Assembly: GCA_038107695.1 (NCBI GenBank)
Contig: JAYNHF010000004.1
Coordinates: 8,576 to 72,575 of the forward strand
Length of the DNA stretch: 64,000 nt
Origin: Flavobacteriaceae bacterium
GTDB taxonomy: Bacteria > Bacteroidota > Bacteroidia > Flavobacteriales > Flavobacteriaceae
Reading direction: 5' to 3'
The notes below the pieces were generated by a model, which saw only the letters and a list, made by a program, of their open reading frames with translations, searched no databases and was not told the DNA's origin. Shown here one piece after another: positions 30,527 through 42,015 of the stretch. The translations under genes and the position numbers were made by a program. How positions within the stretch are numbered: the stretch's first letter is position 1; each line of letters starts with the position of its first letter.

Positions 30527-31813
30527 ATGAAACTCTGGCAAAAAAATCAAACTTCACACAAAAAAATCGATCACTTCACCGTGGGAAACGATCGCATTTA
30601 TGACCTTCAACTGGCAGCCTATGATTGTGAGGCTTCTATTGCTCATGCTCAAATGTTGTCACAAATAGGGGTTTTAACTTCCTCGGAGGTCAAACAATTG
30701 GTTAAGGTTTTAAAAGATTTAAAAACTGATGCCGAAAAGGGAGACTTTACCATTGAGGATGAGTTTGAGGACATGCACTCCAAGATAGAATTCGTTTTAA
30801 TCGAAAAGTTGGGTGATTTGGGTAAAAAAATCCATACAGCAAGATCTAGAAATGATCAGGTGTTGGTGGCAATGCATCTTTATCTCAAAAAAGAAATTGA
30901 AAACATCAAGGGCATGACCTTCGATTTTTTCAATCTACTCATGGATTTGGCAGCACAACACAAAAATCATTTGCTTCCTGGATACACCCATTTCCAAGTT
31001 GCGATGCCGTCTTCCTTTGGTTTGTGGTTTTCGGCCTATGCAGAGAGTTTGATCGACGATATCAGCTTACTCAATGCTTGTAAAACAATCGTAGATCAAA
31101 ATCCCTTGGGGAGTGCCGCGGGCTATGGCAGTTCCTTTCCTATTGATCGAGAGGCTACCACCGAAAGTTTGGGCTTCGCAGATTTAAAATACAATGTAAT
31201 TGCTGCGCAGATGAGCAGAGGAAAGGCTGAAAAAACAACTGCAACTGCATTGACTGCTTTGGCCAATACTCTTTCAAAAATGGCTATGGACATCTGTATC
31301 TATATGGGACAAGAGCATAATTTCATCAGTTTTCCTGAGGAATTAACAACAGGTTCAAGCATTATGCCCCACAAAAAAAATCCAGATGTGTTTGAACTCA
31401 TCAGGGGCAAATGCAATTTATTACAGGGCTTACCCAACCAACTGGCACTTCTGATGACCAACCTACCTTCAGGTTATCACAGAGAAATGCAATTGGCCAA
31501 AGGCCCCATTATTGATGCCGTTGAAGATTTGAAAAGCTGTTTGGATATGTTCACATTCAGCCTAAAGGAAATACAGATCAGAAAGGATATTTTGGATGAT
31601 CCTAAGTATAAATATGTTTTTAGTGTGGATACGTTAAATGAGTGGGTCAAAGGTGGGATGCCTTTCAGAGATGCCTACAAAAAAATGGGCGAAAATATCG
31701 ATCAAGGAAAGTATGAACCTAATAAAGAATTAGACCATACCCACTTGGGCAGTATTGGAAATTTGGCTTTAGAGGCCATCCGTCAAAAAATGAAAAAAGT
31801 ATTGAAAGGATAA
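30527..31813 (+). CDS. argH: argininosuccinate lyase
   Basis: Fumarate-lyase signature 'GSSIMPHKKNPD', 'TARSRNDQV' and 'GYTHFQVAMP'. Confidence 0.95.
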   Translation: MKLWQKNQTSHKKIDHFTVGNDRIYDLQLAAYDCEASIAHAQMLSQIGVLTSSEVKQLVKVLKDLKTDAEKGDFTIEDEFEDMHSKIEFVLIEKLGDLGKKIHTARSRNDQVLVAMHLYLKKEIENIKGMTFDFFNLLMDLAAQHKNHLLPGYTHFQVAMPSSFGLWFSAYAESLIDDISLLNACKTIVDQNPLGSAAGYGSSFPIDREATTESLGFADLKYNVIAAQMSRGKAEKTTATALTALANTLSKMAMDICIYMGQEHNFISFPEELTTGSSIMPHKKNPDVFELIRGKCNLLQGLPNQLALLMTNLPSGYHREMQLAKGPIIDAVEDLKSCLDMFTFSLKEIQIRKDILDDPKYKYVFSVDTLNEWVKGGMPFRDAYKKMGENIDQGKYEPNKELDHTHLGSIGNLALEAIRQKMKKVLKG

Positions 31814-31957
31814 CAGGTAGTTATTGAACTTACTTTGTTGATTTTAGATGATTAAAACCTTCAAATAAGTTTTCCTCACTTCAATCGTATTGAACTTCTA
31901 AACTTTGAGTTTAAGGGCTTATTGATTTTATGGTTCCTTTACATCCAAACAAATCTT

Positions 31958-33358
31958 TTAGATGTGTAATGGACGATTCTCGGAGGCTGCTAAAGCTGCT
32001 TCTTTGACCGCCTCTGCATAAGTGGGGTGTGAGTGGCTCATCCTGGCAATGTCCTCTGCAGAGGCACGGAACTCCATTGCAACAACGGCTTCGGCGATTA
32101 AATCGGCAACACGAGCACCAATCATGTGAACTCCCAAAACCTCATCGGTCTGGGCATCGGCCAATATTTTAATAAATCCATCGGTATCTCCGCTGGCACG
32201 GGAACGACCAAGGGCACGCATGGGAAACTGCCCAGTTTTGTAATTGACCCCAGCTGATTTGAGTTCCTCCTCGGTTTTACCCACTGCAGCAACCTCAGGC
32301 CACGTGTAAATAACATTGGGAATGAGATTGTAATCAATGTGAGGTTTTTGTCCTGAAAGTATTTCCGCAACCATAACACCTTCTTCTTCGGCTTTGTGTG
32401 CCAACATGGCTCCACGTACCACATCACCTATGGCGTAGATATTTGCCACTGAGGTCTGTAAATGATCGTTCACCTCGACCTGTCCTCGATCGGTTAGCTT
32501 AATTCCAGCTGCAGAAAGGTTCAAACCATCGGTGTAAGGTTTTCTTCCAACCGATACCAAACAATAATCTCCCTCAAAAGTGATTTCCTCTCCTTTTTTG
32601 TCAATTGCCGTCACGGAAACAGTATTACCTTTTCGCTCCACCTTATTGACCTGGTGGGACAGATAGAATTTGATCTTTTGTTTTTTCATCACCTTGGTCA
32701 ATTCACGAGATAAGGCACTGTCCATAACTGGAGTGATACGGTCAGCATATTCGATAACCGATACCTCAGCTCCCAATCTTTTGTAAACTTGTCCCAATTC
32801 TAAGCCAATAACTCCACCGCCAATAATGATCATGTGTTTGGGAATCTCCCTGAGTTCGAGGGCTTCGGTCGAGGTGATAATACGTTCTTTGTCAATGTTG
32901 ATAAAAGGCAAACTCGCAGGTTTAGAACCCGTAGCAATGATGGTGTTTTTGGCGGTGATGTCTTGAGAATTTTCGCCTTCAATGTGAAGGGTCGTAGCAT
33001 CCTTGAACGATCCCAAGCCCCTAAAAACTGTGACCTTATTTTTTTCCATCAAAAAATCAATTCCTTTGGTGGTTTGATCTACCACAGCGGCTTTTCTTGC
33101 AATCATTTTTTCGAGATTGACTTTGACCTCACCGGGAATTTCGATTCCATGGTCTTCAAAATGCTTAACGGCATCCTCGAAGTGGTGGGATGAATCCAAT
33201 AAAGATTTTGAAGGAATACAGCCTACATTGAGACAAGTCCCTCCCAAGGTATTGTATTTTTCTATTAAAGCGGTTTTCATACCCAATTGAGCACAGCGAA
33301 TGGCAGCTACATAGCCACCTGGCCCAGAACCAATAATGGCAACATCAAATGATTGCAT
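31958..33358 (-). CDS. lpdA: dihydrolipoyl dehydrogenase (E3)
   Basis: 'VAIIGSGPGGYVAA', the redox-active disulfide 'GGTCLNVGCIPSK' and the C-terminal 'HSHPTYAEA' dimerisation motif. Confidence 0.93.
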   Translation of the reverse strand: MQSFDVAIIGSGPGGYVAAIRCAQLGMKTALIEKYNTLGGTCLNVGCIPSKSLLDSSHHFEDAVKHFEDHGIEIPGEVKVNLEKMIARKAAVVDQTTKGIDFLMEKNKVTVFRGLGSFKDATTLHIEGENSQDITAKNTIIATGSKPASLPFINIDKERIITSTEALELREIPKHMIIIGGGVIGLELGQVYKRLGAEVSVIEYADRITPVMDSALSRELTKVMKKQKIKFYLSHQVNKVERKGNTVSVTAIDKKGEEITFEGDYCLVSVGRKPYTDGLNLSAAGIKLTDRGQVEVNDHLQTSVANIYAIGDVVRGAMLAHKAEEEGVMVAEILSGQKPHIDYNLIPNVIYTWPEVAAVGKTEEELKSAGVNYKTGQFPMRALGRSRASGDTDGFIKILADAQTDEVLGVHMIGARVADLIAEAVVAMEFRASAEDIARMSHSHPTYAEAVKEAALAASENRPLHI

Positions 33359-33589
33359 AGTTTAATTTTCTATTTATAGCCAAAAATACAAATGTTTCAG
33401 GTGTTAAAACAGTTTTTTATGAATTAGAAAATTTTAAAAAAAATTAGATTTACTGAACCTAACCTACACAACCTGACTTATGTTTTCTTTTTTGGCAATT
33501 GTTTCCTCTTTCAATATTTAGAAAATGAATTAAACTCTCAAAAAACCATTTATTGAAGTTTTATGTGCATTAGCAAATTTTTCACAAGG

Positions 33590-33614
33590 CGATTTTGAAG
33601 ATTCATCAAAATCG
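33590..33614. promoter_or_regulatory. near-perfect 25-nt palindrome (CGATTTTGA-N7-TCAAAATCG) in the lpdA/nhaC divergent intergenic region
   Basis: cgattttgaagattcatcaaaatcg has 9-bp perfect arms, and 2 of the 3 inner pairs can also form. It lies about 85 nt upstream of the nhaC start and is followed by attggttttt. Confidence 0.3.
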
Positions 33615-33697
33615 ATTGGTTTTTCTCTAGGTTACTTATTATTTTAGGCGTTCTTTAAAGAATAATTTTATTAATTGGAAACCATACAAAACATATC

Positions 33698-35131
33698 TTG
33701 ACTCCCCCTAAACTATCTCTCTGGTCGGCATTATTTCCACTTGTTGTTCTGGTCTTATTATTGACCTACAACGTTACCGTATTTGGTGATGATGCTCTGG
33801 GTGGCTCGAACCAATTCATTCTTTTGATCGGTGCAGTCATGGCTGGGCTGGTAGGGATCAAAAATAAGGTAAGCTATGCCCATATGATTCAAAAGGTAGG
33901 AGATAACTTACATTCAGTGACGAGTCCCATTTTGATTTTACTTTTGGTAGGTTCTCTGGCCGGTACTTGGTTGGTGAGTGGTATCATACCCGCAATGATT
34001 GATTATGGGTTACAAATAGCGAATCCTCGTTTTTTCTTGATGGCATGTGTATTGATTTCCGCTCTCGTCTCCTCGGCCACTGGAAGTAGTTGGTCCACCT
34101 CAGCTACCATTGGAATTGCATTGATAGGAATTGGTAAGGCTTTAGCATTGCCCGTGGGTATGGTTGCTGGTGCAGTAATATCGGGAGCTTACTTTGGCGA
34201 TAAACTATCTCCGTTAAGTGATACTACCAATTTGGCACCGGCCATGGCTGGAGGAGAACTCTTTACCCATATTCGTTACATGCTCTACACTACACTTCCC
34301 AGTATTGTTATCACGTTATTGATTTTTATTGTTTTGGGCTGGGGTTTTTCATCTAATGGTGAGGTAAATACCTCGGTCTTGAGTGAGTCCATCCGCGAAA
34401 GATTTAACATCAATCCTTGGTTGTTCCTAGTACCCTTGACTGTGATCTTGATGATCGTAAAAAAAACACCCCCGCTTTTGGCGCTGTTTGTTGGAACACT
34501 TTTGGGTGGAATTTTTGCAATAATTTTTCAACCTCAATTGCTTTTGGAATTATCTGGAAACGATGTGTTGGATTTTGAATCCATTTATCAAAGCCTTCTC
34601 AATGCCATGACCGTAGCATCTCAAATTGAAACAAACAACCCTGTTTTAAACGAACTGTTTTATTCTGGTGGTATGCAAGGGATGCTGGGTACCGTTTGGT
34701 TGATCATTTGTGCCATGGTTTTTGGTGGAATCATGGATGCAATTGGCGCCTTACAAACGCTTAGCAATGCTTTTTTAAGATGGGCAAAAACCACTTTTCA
34801 ACTCATTGCAGGAACCTTGGCATCGAGCCTGACGGTCAACCTAACTGCATCTGATCAGTACCTGGCGATTGTGGTTCCAGGAAAAATGTTTGCAAAGGCT
34901 TACAGTGATCGCAATTTGGCACCCGAAAATTTGAGCCGAACTTTGGAGGATGGTGGAACTGTTACTTCTGTTCTGATTCCATGGAATACCTGCGGAGCCT
35001 ATCATTCAGGTGTATTGGGTGTGGGGGTAGCAGAGTATTTTGTTTACGCCTTTTTTAATTGGCTCAGTCCAATAATGACCTTGATTTATGCTTATTTCAA
35101 TATTAAGATTAGAAGGTTGTTGGTTGATTGA
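33698..35131 (+). CDS. nhaC: Na+/H+ antiporter NhaC family protein
   Basis: A polytopic membrane protein of 477 aa with NhaC-like segments 'SGAYFGDKLSPLSDTTNLA' and 'SVLIPWNTCGAY'. TTG start per the ORF track. Confidence 0.85.
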   Translation: MTPPKLSLWSALFPLVVLVLLLTYNVTVFGDDALGGSNQFILLIGAVMAGLVGIKNKVSYAHMIQKVGDNLHSVTSPILILLLVGSLAGTWLVSGIIPAMIDYGLQIANPRFFLMACVLISALVSSATGSSWSTSATIGIALIGIGKALALPVGMVAGAVISGAYFGDKLSPLSDTTNLAPAMAGGELFTHIRYMLYTTLPSIVITLLIFIVLGWGFSSNGEVNTSVLSESIRERFNINPWLFLVPLTVILMIVKKTPPLLALFVGTLLGGIFAIIFQPQLLLELSGNDVLDFESIYQSLLNAMTVASQIETNNPVLNELFYSGGMQGMLGTVWLIICAMVFGGIMDAIGALQTLSNAFLRWAKTTFQLIAGTLASSLTVNLTASDQYLAIVVPGKMFAKAYSDRNLAPENLSRTLEDGGTVTSVLIPWNTCGAYHSGVLGVGVAEYFVYAFFNWLSPIMTLIYAYFNIKIRRLLVD

Positions 35132-35179
35132 TATCCCCTTAATATGATTAGAATTTCTTATACTGTCAAAGAAAATTAT

Positions 35180-35200
35180 TATCATTTCATTTTAATGATA
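35180..35200. promoter_or_regulatory. inverted repeat TATCATT-N7-AATGATA (Fur/PerR-family-like operator candidate) upstream of katG
   Basis: 7-bp perfect arms at about 35180-35186 and 35194-35200, lying 14 nt upstream of a TAAATTTG -7-like box. AT-rich ATCAT/ATGAT half-sites resemble Fur-family boxes. Confidence 0.35.
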
Positions 35201-35213
35201 GCTTAAATAAATT

Positions 35214-35221
35214 TAAATTTG
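35214..35221 (+). promoter_or_regulatory. candidate -7 promoter box (TAAATTTG = TAnnTTTG) for katG
   Basis: Exact match to the Bacteroidota -7 consensus, about 40 nt upstream of the katG ATG (35262). Confidence 0.3.
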
Positions 35222-35222
35222 A

Positions 35223-37478
<2,256 letters not shown>

Positions 37479-37506
37479 AATTTTAAGACATTCAATACAA
37501 TAATAC

Positions 37507-37540
37507 AGCCCGAGGCAATTATGCTCTCGGGCTTTTTTTT
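37507..37540 (+). terminator. rho-independent terminator after katG
   Basis: 8-bp stem AGCCCGAG / CTCGGGCT with an 11-nt loop, followed by T8. It starts 29 nt after the katG stop. Confidence 0.8.
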
Positions 37541-37589
37541 GAACAAGGATTGCATATGAATTTGTATTTTTGTTGAATATCATACATTA

Positions 37590-39899
37590 ATGGCCAAAAA
37601 GCATTCTCGACCTCGCGTTCCTGAATTTTCGGATGAAAAGAAGTACCGCAAAAGAAGAAGACAAATTCTTTTGGGTAGCTTTTTACTTTTGCTGGGTTTT
37701 TTGATGACCGTATCTTTTATATCTTTTTTCTCTCACCATCAAGCAGATCAAAGTACCTTAGAATTCTTCTTTGAAAAAGAGATTCCTTCCAAAAATCTAT
37801 TGAATAAAGTTGGGGCACTAACAAGTCATTTTTTTATTTATCAACTTTTTGGAATTGCATCCTTCATTCTTCCCTATCTCTTCTATCATACCGGGTATTT
37901 ACTTTTCTTTGATCGCAGCAGAAAACAACTATTAAATTTATGGAGCTGGGCAATGCTTTACTTATTGTGCTTCTCTGTTTTTTTTGGGTTTTACCATATA
38001 GAGTCTCCTCTACTGGGCGGATTGGTAGGTTTTGAAATCAATAGTTTCTTAGCTGCTTACTTGGGAAATGTAGGAGTTTCAGGCTTGTTGATTTTTTCAG
38101 TGATTGCGATCTTGGTTTTGCAATGGCAATTGACTCCAGAAAAAGTAATTTTCTTCTTCCAATCCTTTTTCAAATCAGAGGAGGAAAAATCTGTGGTTAA
38201 TGTAGAAAACAGTTTAGATTTAGAAATAGATGATTTTGTAAAAGACCTCCCTACTACCACTGATAATCCGAAGTCTGAAGTTGTGGAGATCGAAAAATCT
38301 GTGGTGGAAGAAGACGTGACCATGGAGGTTGAGACTTTCAAAGAGGAAGAAAGCTTGACAGACAACTTAGCGCAGTCGTTGGTCGAAAAACACGGTTTTT
38401 TCGATCCCAAATTGGAATTGAGTAAATATCGCTTTCCTGTTCACGATTTATTAAAAGATTATGGTGAAGGCTCAATTACTATTGATCAGGAAGAATTGGA
38501 GTTGAATAAAAATAAAATTGTAGATACCCTAAAGAATTACAACATTGGTATTTCCAAAATAAAAGCCACAGTGGGACCGACTGTTACGCTTTATGAAATT
38601 GTTCCAGATGCTGGCATTAGGATTTCCAAAATCAAAAATTTAGAGGATGACATCGCACTTTCCCTATCGGCTTTGGGAATAAGGATTATTGCTCCTATTC
38701 CCGGAAAAGGAACCATCGGTATTGAAGTACCCAATCAAAAACCCAGCATTGTCTCCATGCGCTCTGTAATCACTTCAAACAAATTTCAGACCGCTGAGAT
38801 GGAACTGCCCATTGCTTTGGGAAAAAATATCAGTAATGAAACTTTTGTGGTGGATTTGACCAAAATGCCCCACCTATTAATGGCAGGAGCCACTGGTCAA
38901 GGAAAATCAGTGGGGCTAAACGCAGTATTGACCTCCTTGCTTTACAAAAAGCATCCTGCTGAAATCAAATTCGTTTTGGTAGATCCTAAAAAAGTTGAAC
39001 TTAATATCTACAACAAAATAGAGCGACATTATTTGGCCAAATTACCCGATACTGATGAGGCGATAATCACTGACAATACCAAAGTAATTCATACGCTAAA
39101 TTCGTTGTGTATCGAAATGGACAATCGTTATGAATTACTCAAAAACGGAATGTGCCGAAATCTCAAAGAATACAATCAAAAATACAGGGAACGAAAGTTG
39201 AATCCTGATGAGGGGCATAGTTTCCTCCCCTACATTGTTTTGGTCGTAGATGAATTTGCGGACTTGATTATGACTGCGGGAAAAGAAGTAGAAACTCCCA
39301 TTGCACGATTGGCACAACTGGCACGAGCGGTGGGAATCCATCTGATCATTGCTACCCAAAGGCCGTCGGTCAATGTAATTACAGGAATCATCAAAGCCAA
39401 TTTTCCGGCAAGAATTGCTTTTAGGGTGACTTCAAAAATAGACTCCCGTACCATTTTAGATTCCGGAGGTGCTGACCAACTCATCGGTCGTGGAGACATG
39501 CTTTATACGCAAGGCAATGAGTTAACTCGTATTCAATGTGCTTTTGTTGATACTCCCGAGGTCCAGAAAATTTCAGACTATATTGGGGCGCAAATGGGCT
39601 ATGGAAGTGCTTATATTTTGCCAGAGTATGTAGAGGAAAATAGTAGTAGCTTGGACTTGGACCCTTCAGAAAGAGATGAACTTTTTAGGGAAGCAGCCGA
39701 AGTCATTGTCATGGCCAAACAAGGCTCAGCCTCTCTTCTGCAAAGAAAACTCAAACTGGGCTACAACCGTGCAGGAAGAATCATTGATCAAATGGAGGTA
39801 GCTGGAATTGTAGGGCCATTTGAGGGCAGCAAAGCAAGACAAGTACTGATCCCCGATTTAAATGCGCTCGATGCACTTTTGAACAATGAAGATGCCTAA
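37590..39899 (+). CDS. ftsK: DNA translocase FtsK
   Basis: N-terminal membrane segments and an acidic linker. Motor domain with Walker A 'GATGQGKSVGLN' and Walker B 'VLVVDEFADL'. C-terminal gamma (winged-helix) domain 'ASLLQRKLKLGYNRAGRIIDQME'. Confidence 0.93.
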   Translation: MAKKHSRPRVPEFSDEKKYRKRRRQILLGSFLLLLGFLMTVSFISFFSHHQADQSTLEFFFEKEIPSKNLLNKVGALTSHFFIYQLFGIASFILPYLFYHTGYLLFFDRSRKQLLNLWSWAMLYLLCFSVFFGFYHIESPLLGGLVGFEINSFLAAYLGNVGVSGLLIFSVIAILVLQWQLTPEKVIFFFQSFFKSEEEKSVVNVENSLDLEIDDFVKDLPTTTDNPKSEVVEIEKSVVEEDVTMEVETFKEEESLTDNLAQSLVEKHGFFDPKLELSKYRFPVHDLLKDYGEGSITIDQEELELNKNKIVDTLKNYNIGISKIKATVGPTVTLYEIVPDAGIRISKIKNLEDDIALSLSALGIRIIAPIPGKGTIGIEVPNQKPSIVSMRSVITSNKFQTAEMELPIALGKNISNETFVVDLTKMPHLLMAGATGQGKSVGLNAVLTSLLYKKHPAEIKFVLVDPKKVELNIYNKIERHYLAKLPDTDEAIITDNTKVIHTLNSLCIEMDNRYELLKNGMCRNLKEYNQKYRERKLNPDEGHSFLPYIVLVVDEFADLIMTAGKEVETPIARLAQLARAVGIHLIIATQRPSVNVITGIIKANFPARIAFRVTSKIDSRTILDSGGADQLIGRGDMLYTQGNELTRIQCAFVDTPEVQKISDYIGAQMGYGSAYILPEYVEENSSSLDLDPSERDELFREAAEVIVMAKQGSASLLQRKLKLGYNRAGRIIDQMEVAGIVGPFEGSKARQVLIPDLNALDALLNNEDA

Positions 39900-39908
39900 A
39901 TTTGTATT

Positions 39909-40550
39909 ATGAAACTGAAAAAGTACTTACTACTCTTCCTTATTGGATCTTCAGTAACGGTTTGGAGCCAGACCTCTATTGAAGCAAAACAGCTTTTGGA
40001 ATCCGCTTCCAAACAAATGGAGGGTTACAAAAATATTGAATTTGAATTTAGCTATGTACTCAATAATCGTTTGGAAAAAATCAATCAGGAAACTTCTGGA
40101 CAGGTTACCGTAGCCGATGAGAAATACAGACTTAATTTTCTGGATGCCATCCAGCTTTTTGATGGAAATAATTTGTACACCATAGTTCCCGAAAATGAGG
40201 AAATCACCATCACCAAAGCCGATGAGGAAGAAGATTTTGGAATTAACCCCAAGGAATTATTGCAATTTTACAAAGAGGGATATGACTACCACTGGGATAT
40301 TGGTCAGCGTGTAAAAGGAAAGGAAATTCAATTTGTGAAATTAATTCCAACTCAAGACGACGGTGATATAAAATCATTACTGGTAGGAATCAATACCCAA
40401 CAAAATCACATCTATAAATTAATAGAAGTCGGGAAAAATGGAACTGTAACGACACTCACCATCGACAGTATGGAAGTGGATCGATCATTGCCAGAAAACT
40501 TCTTTGTTTTCAACGAAGCGGATTATCCCAATTATTACATCAACAATTAG
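39909..40550 (+). CDS. lolA: LolA-like outer-membrane lipoprotein carrier protein
   Basis: 213 aa with a signal peptide. It occupies the conserved position downstream of ftsK in Bacteroidota. The call relies mainly on size, context and beta-rich composition. Confidence 0.65.
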   Translation: MKLKKYLLLFLIGSSVTVWSQTSIEAKQLLESASKQMEGYKNIEFEFSYVLNNRLEKINQETSGQVTVADEKYRLNFLDAIQLFDGNNLYTIVPENEEITITKADEEEDFGINPKELLQFYKEGYDYHWDIGQRVKGKEIQFVKLIPTQDDGDIKSLLVGINTQQNHIYKLIEVGKNGTVTTLTIDSMEVDRSLPENFFVFNEADYPNYYINN

Positions 40551-40554
40551 GGCA

Positions 40555-42009
40555 TTGAAAATAATTGATCGCTATATCATTCTTCAATATTTGATCCGTT
40601 TGTCCAGCGTTTTCGCTATTTGTATGCTGATTTTTGTAGTTCAAACTTTTTGGCTTTACATCGATGATTTGGCAGGAAAAGGCCTGGATTTTGAAACAAT
40701 TTTCAAATTCTTGGTTTACTTTACTCCAAAGCTTATTCCTATTGTTCTTCCATTATCAGTGCTTTTGGCGTCCTTAATGACCTTTGGAAATTTATCAGAG
40801 AATTATGAATTTGCAGCAATGAAATCAACAGGCATTTCACTAATTCGCTGTATGGCTGGACTATTTTTGGTGCATATTGTAATTGGTGTGGGAAGTTTTT
40901 TCATATCCAATCATCTGATTCCAGCAGGCGAAGTAAAATCATATAATCTGAGAAGAAATTTAGCCAAGTTAAAACCTGCCATTGCAATCAGGGAGGGTGT
41001 TTTCAATGATTTGGGACAGATGAGTATCAAGGTGAAGCGAAAATACGGTGACAACAAGAGACTTTTGGAAGATGTGATCATTCACGAAAAAACAGAAGAT
41101 TATAAAAACCGGATTGTAATCAAAGCCAAAAATGGGGAACTAAAAAGCAAAACCACCGATGCCACCCTTCAACTGGTTCTCTACGATGGAAATCGATATG
41201 AAGAAATTAAAGGTAAAAATTATGAAGAACGTTTGAGGTTTCCACATGCCAAGGTACATTTTGAAGAATATGTAATGAATATCGATCTGTCAAAATTCAA
41301 TAATGTGGATTTAAATGAAGAAAATTATACCACTACCTACAGAATGCAAAAGGTAGATCAACTACAAGAGAGTATCGATACTTTGGAACGCGACTTTGGT
41401 AAACAACGAAAAATATTTAGTGAAAATTTTTATAAAAAACATTACAGCAGCCAGATCAAACCACTGGCAGTAAGAGATACGTTCGTCAGTGATTCGCTTG
41501 TCAAGCTAAGTGTTTTGAATCTAATGGATAAAAAAAAAGAAAATTCTTGGAAGGTTAGTCAAGTGGTGGAACGATCCAGTAGCGATTTGAGAGGGATCAT
41601 CAGGTCTTTAGAAAATAAGAAACGTTCATTTTTTGTTTTTCAAAAAGTGATCAACCTTCATAAAATGATCATGTTGGATAAGTTTACTTTAATCTTTGCT
41701 TGTATTTTTCTTTTTTTGATTGGAGCTTCACTGGGAGCAATCATCAAAAAAGGAGGTTTGGGATTGCCTTTGGTTTTGTCGGTTCTTATTTTCTTATCCT
41801 ATCATTATATTGGAATTTTTGCAAAAAACGCAGCAGAGGATCACAGTATCAATCCCGTATTGGCCAGTTGGATCTCTACTCTGGTGTTAGCTCCTTTTGC
41901 TTTTTATTTAACCAAGAGGGCCTCATCAGACGAAGGCATTATCAATCTCGATATCATCATCGTTCCCATTCAGAAAATCTACTCTAAATATTGGGGTACT
42001 AAATCATAG
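40555..42009 (+). CDS. LptF/LptG (YjgP/YjgQ) family permease
   Basis: The N-terminus 'LKIIDRYIILQYL' is typical of the family. It has three N-terminal TM segments, a periplasmic beta-jellyroll region and three C-terminal TM segments. The start is placed at TTG 40555 to avoid a 47-nt overlap with lolA (ORF track start 40504). Confidence 0.8.
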   Translation: MKIIDRYIILQYLIRLSSVFAICMLIFVVQTFWLYIDDLAGKGLDFETIFKFLVYFTPKLIPIVLPLSVLLASLMTFGNLSENYEFAAMKSTGISLIRCMAGLFLVHIVIGVGSFFISNHLIPAGEVKSYNLRRNLAKLKPAIAIREGVFNDLGQMSIKVKRKYGDNKRLLEDVIIHEKTEDYKNRIVIKAKNGELKSKTTDATLQLVLYDGNRYEEIKGKNYEERLRFPHAKVHFEEYVMNIDLSKFNNVDLNEENYTTTYRMQKVDQLQESIDTLERDFGKQRKIFSENFYKKHYSSQIKPLAVRDTFVSDSLVKLSVLNLMDKKKENSWKVSQVVERSSSDLRGIIRSLENKKRSFFVFQKVINLHKMIMLDKFTLIFACIFLFLIGASLGAIIKKGGLGLPLVLSVLIFLSYHYIGIFAKNAAEDHSINPVLASWISTLVLAPFAFYLTKRASSDEGIINLDIIIVPIQKIYSKYWGTKS

Positions 42010-42015
42010 AAAAAT

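Noticed and set aside
40504-40554. N-terminal 17-codon extension of the LptF/G-family ORF overlapping lolA
   Set aside because: The extension (MFSTKRIIPIITSTIRA) overlaps the lolA 3' end by 47 nt. The family-typical N-terminus 'KIIDRYI' starts at TTG 40555, just after the lolA stop, so the shorter form is preferred.
42010-42015. FMN riboswitch expected upstream of a riboflavin gene
   Set aside because: Only 6 nt separate the lptF/G-family stop from the ribB ATG, which leaves no room for a riboswitch.
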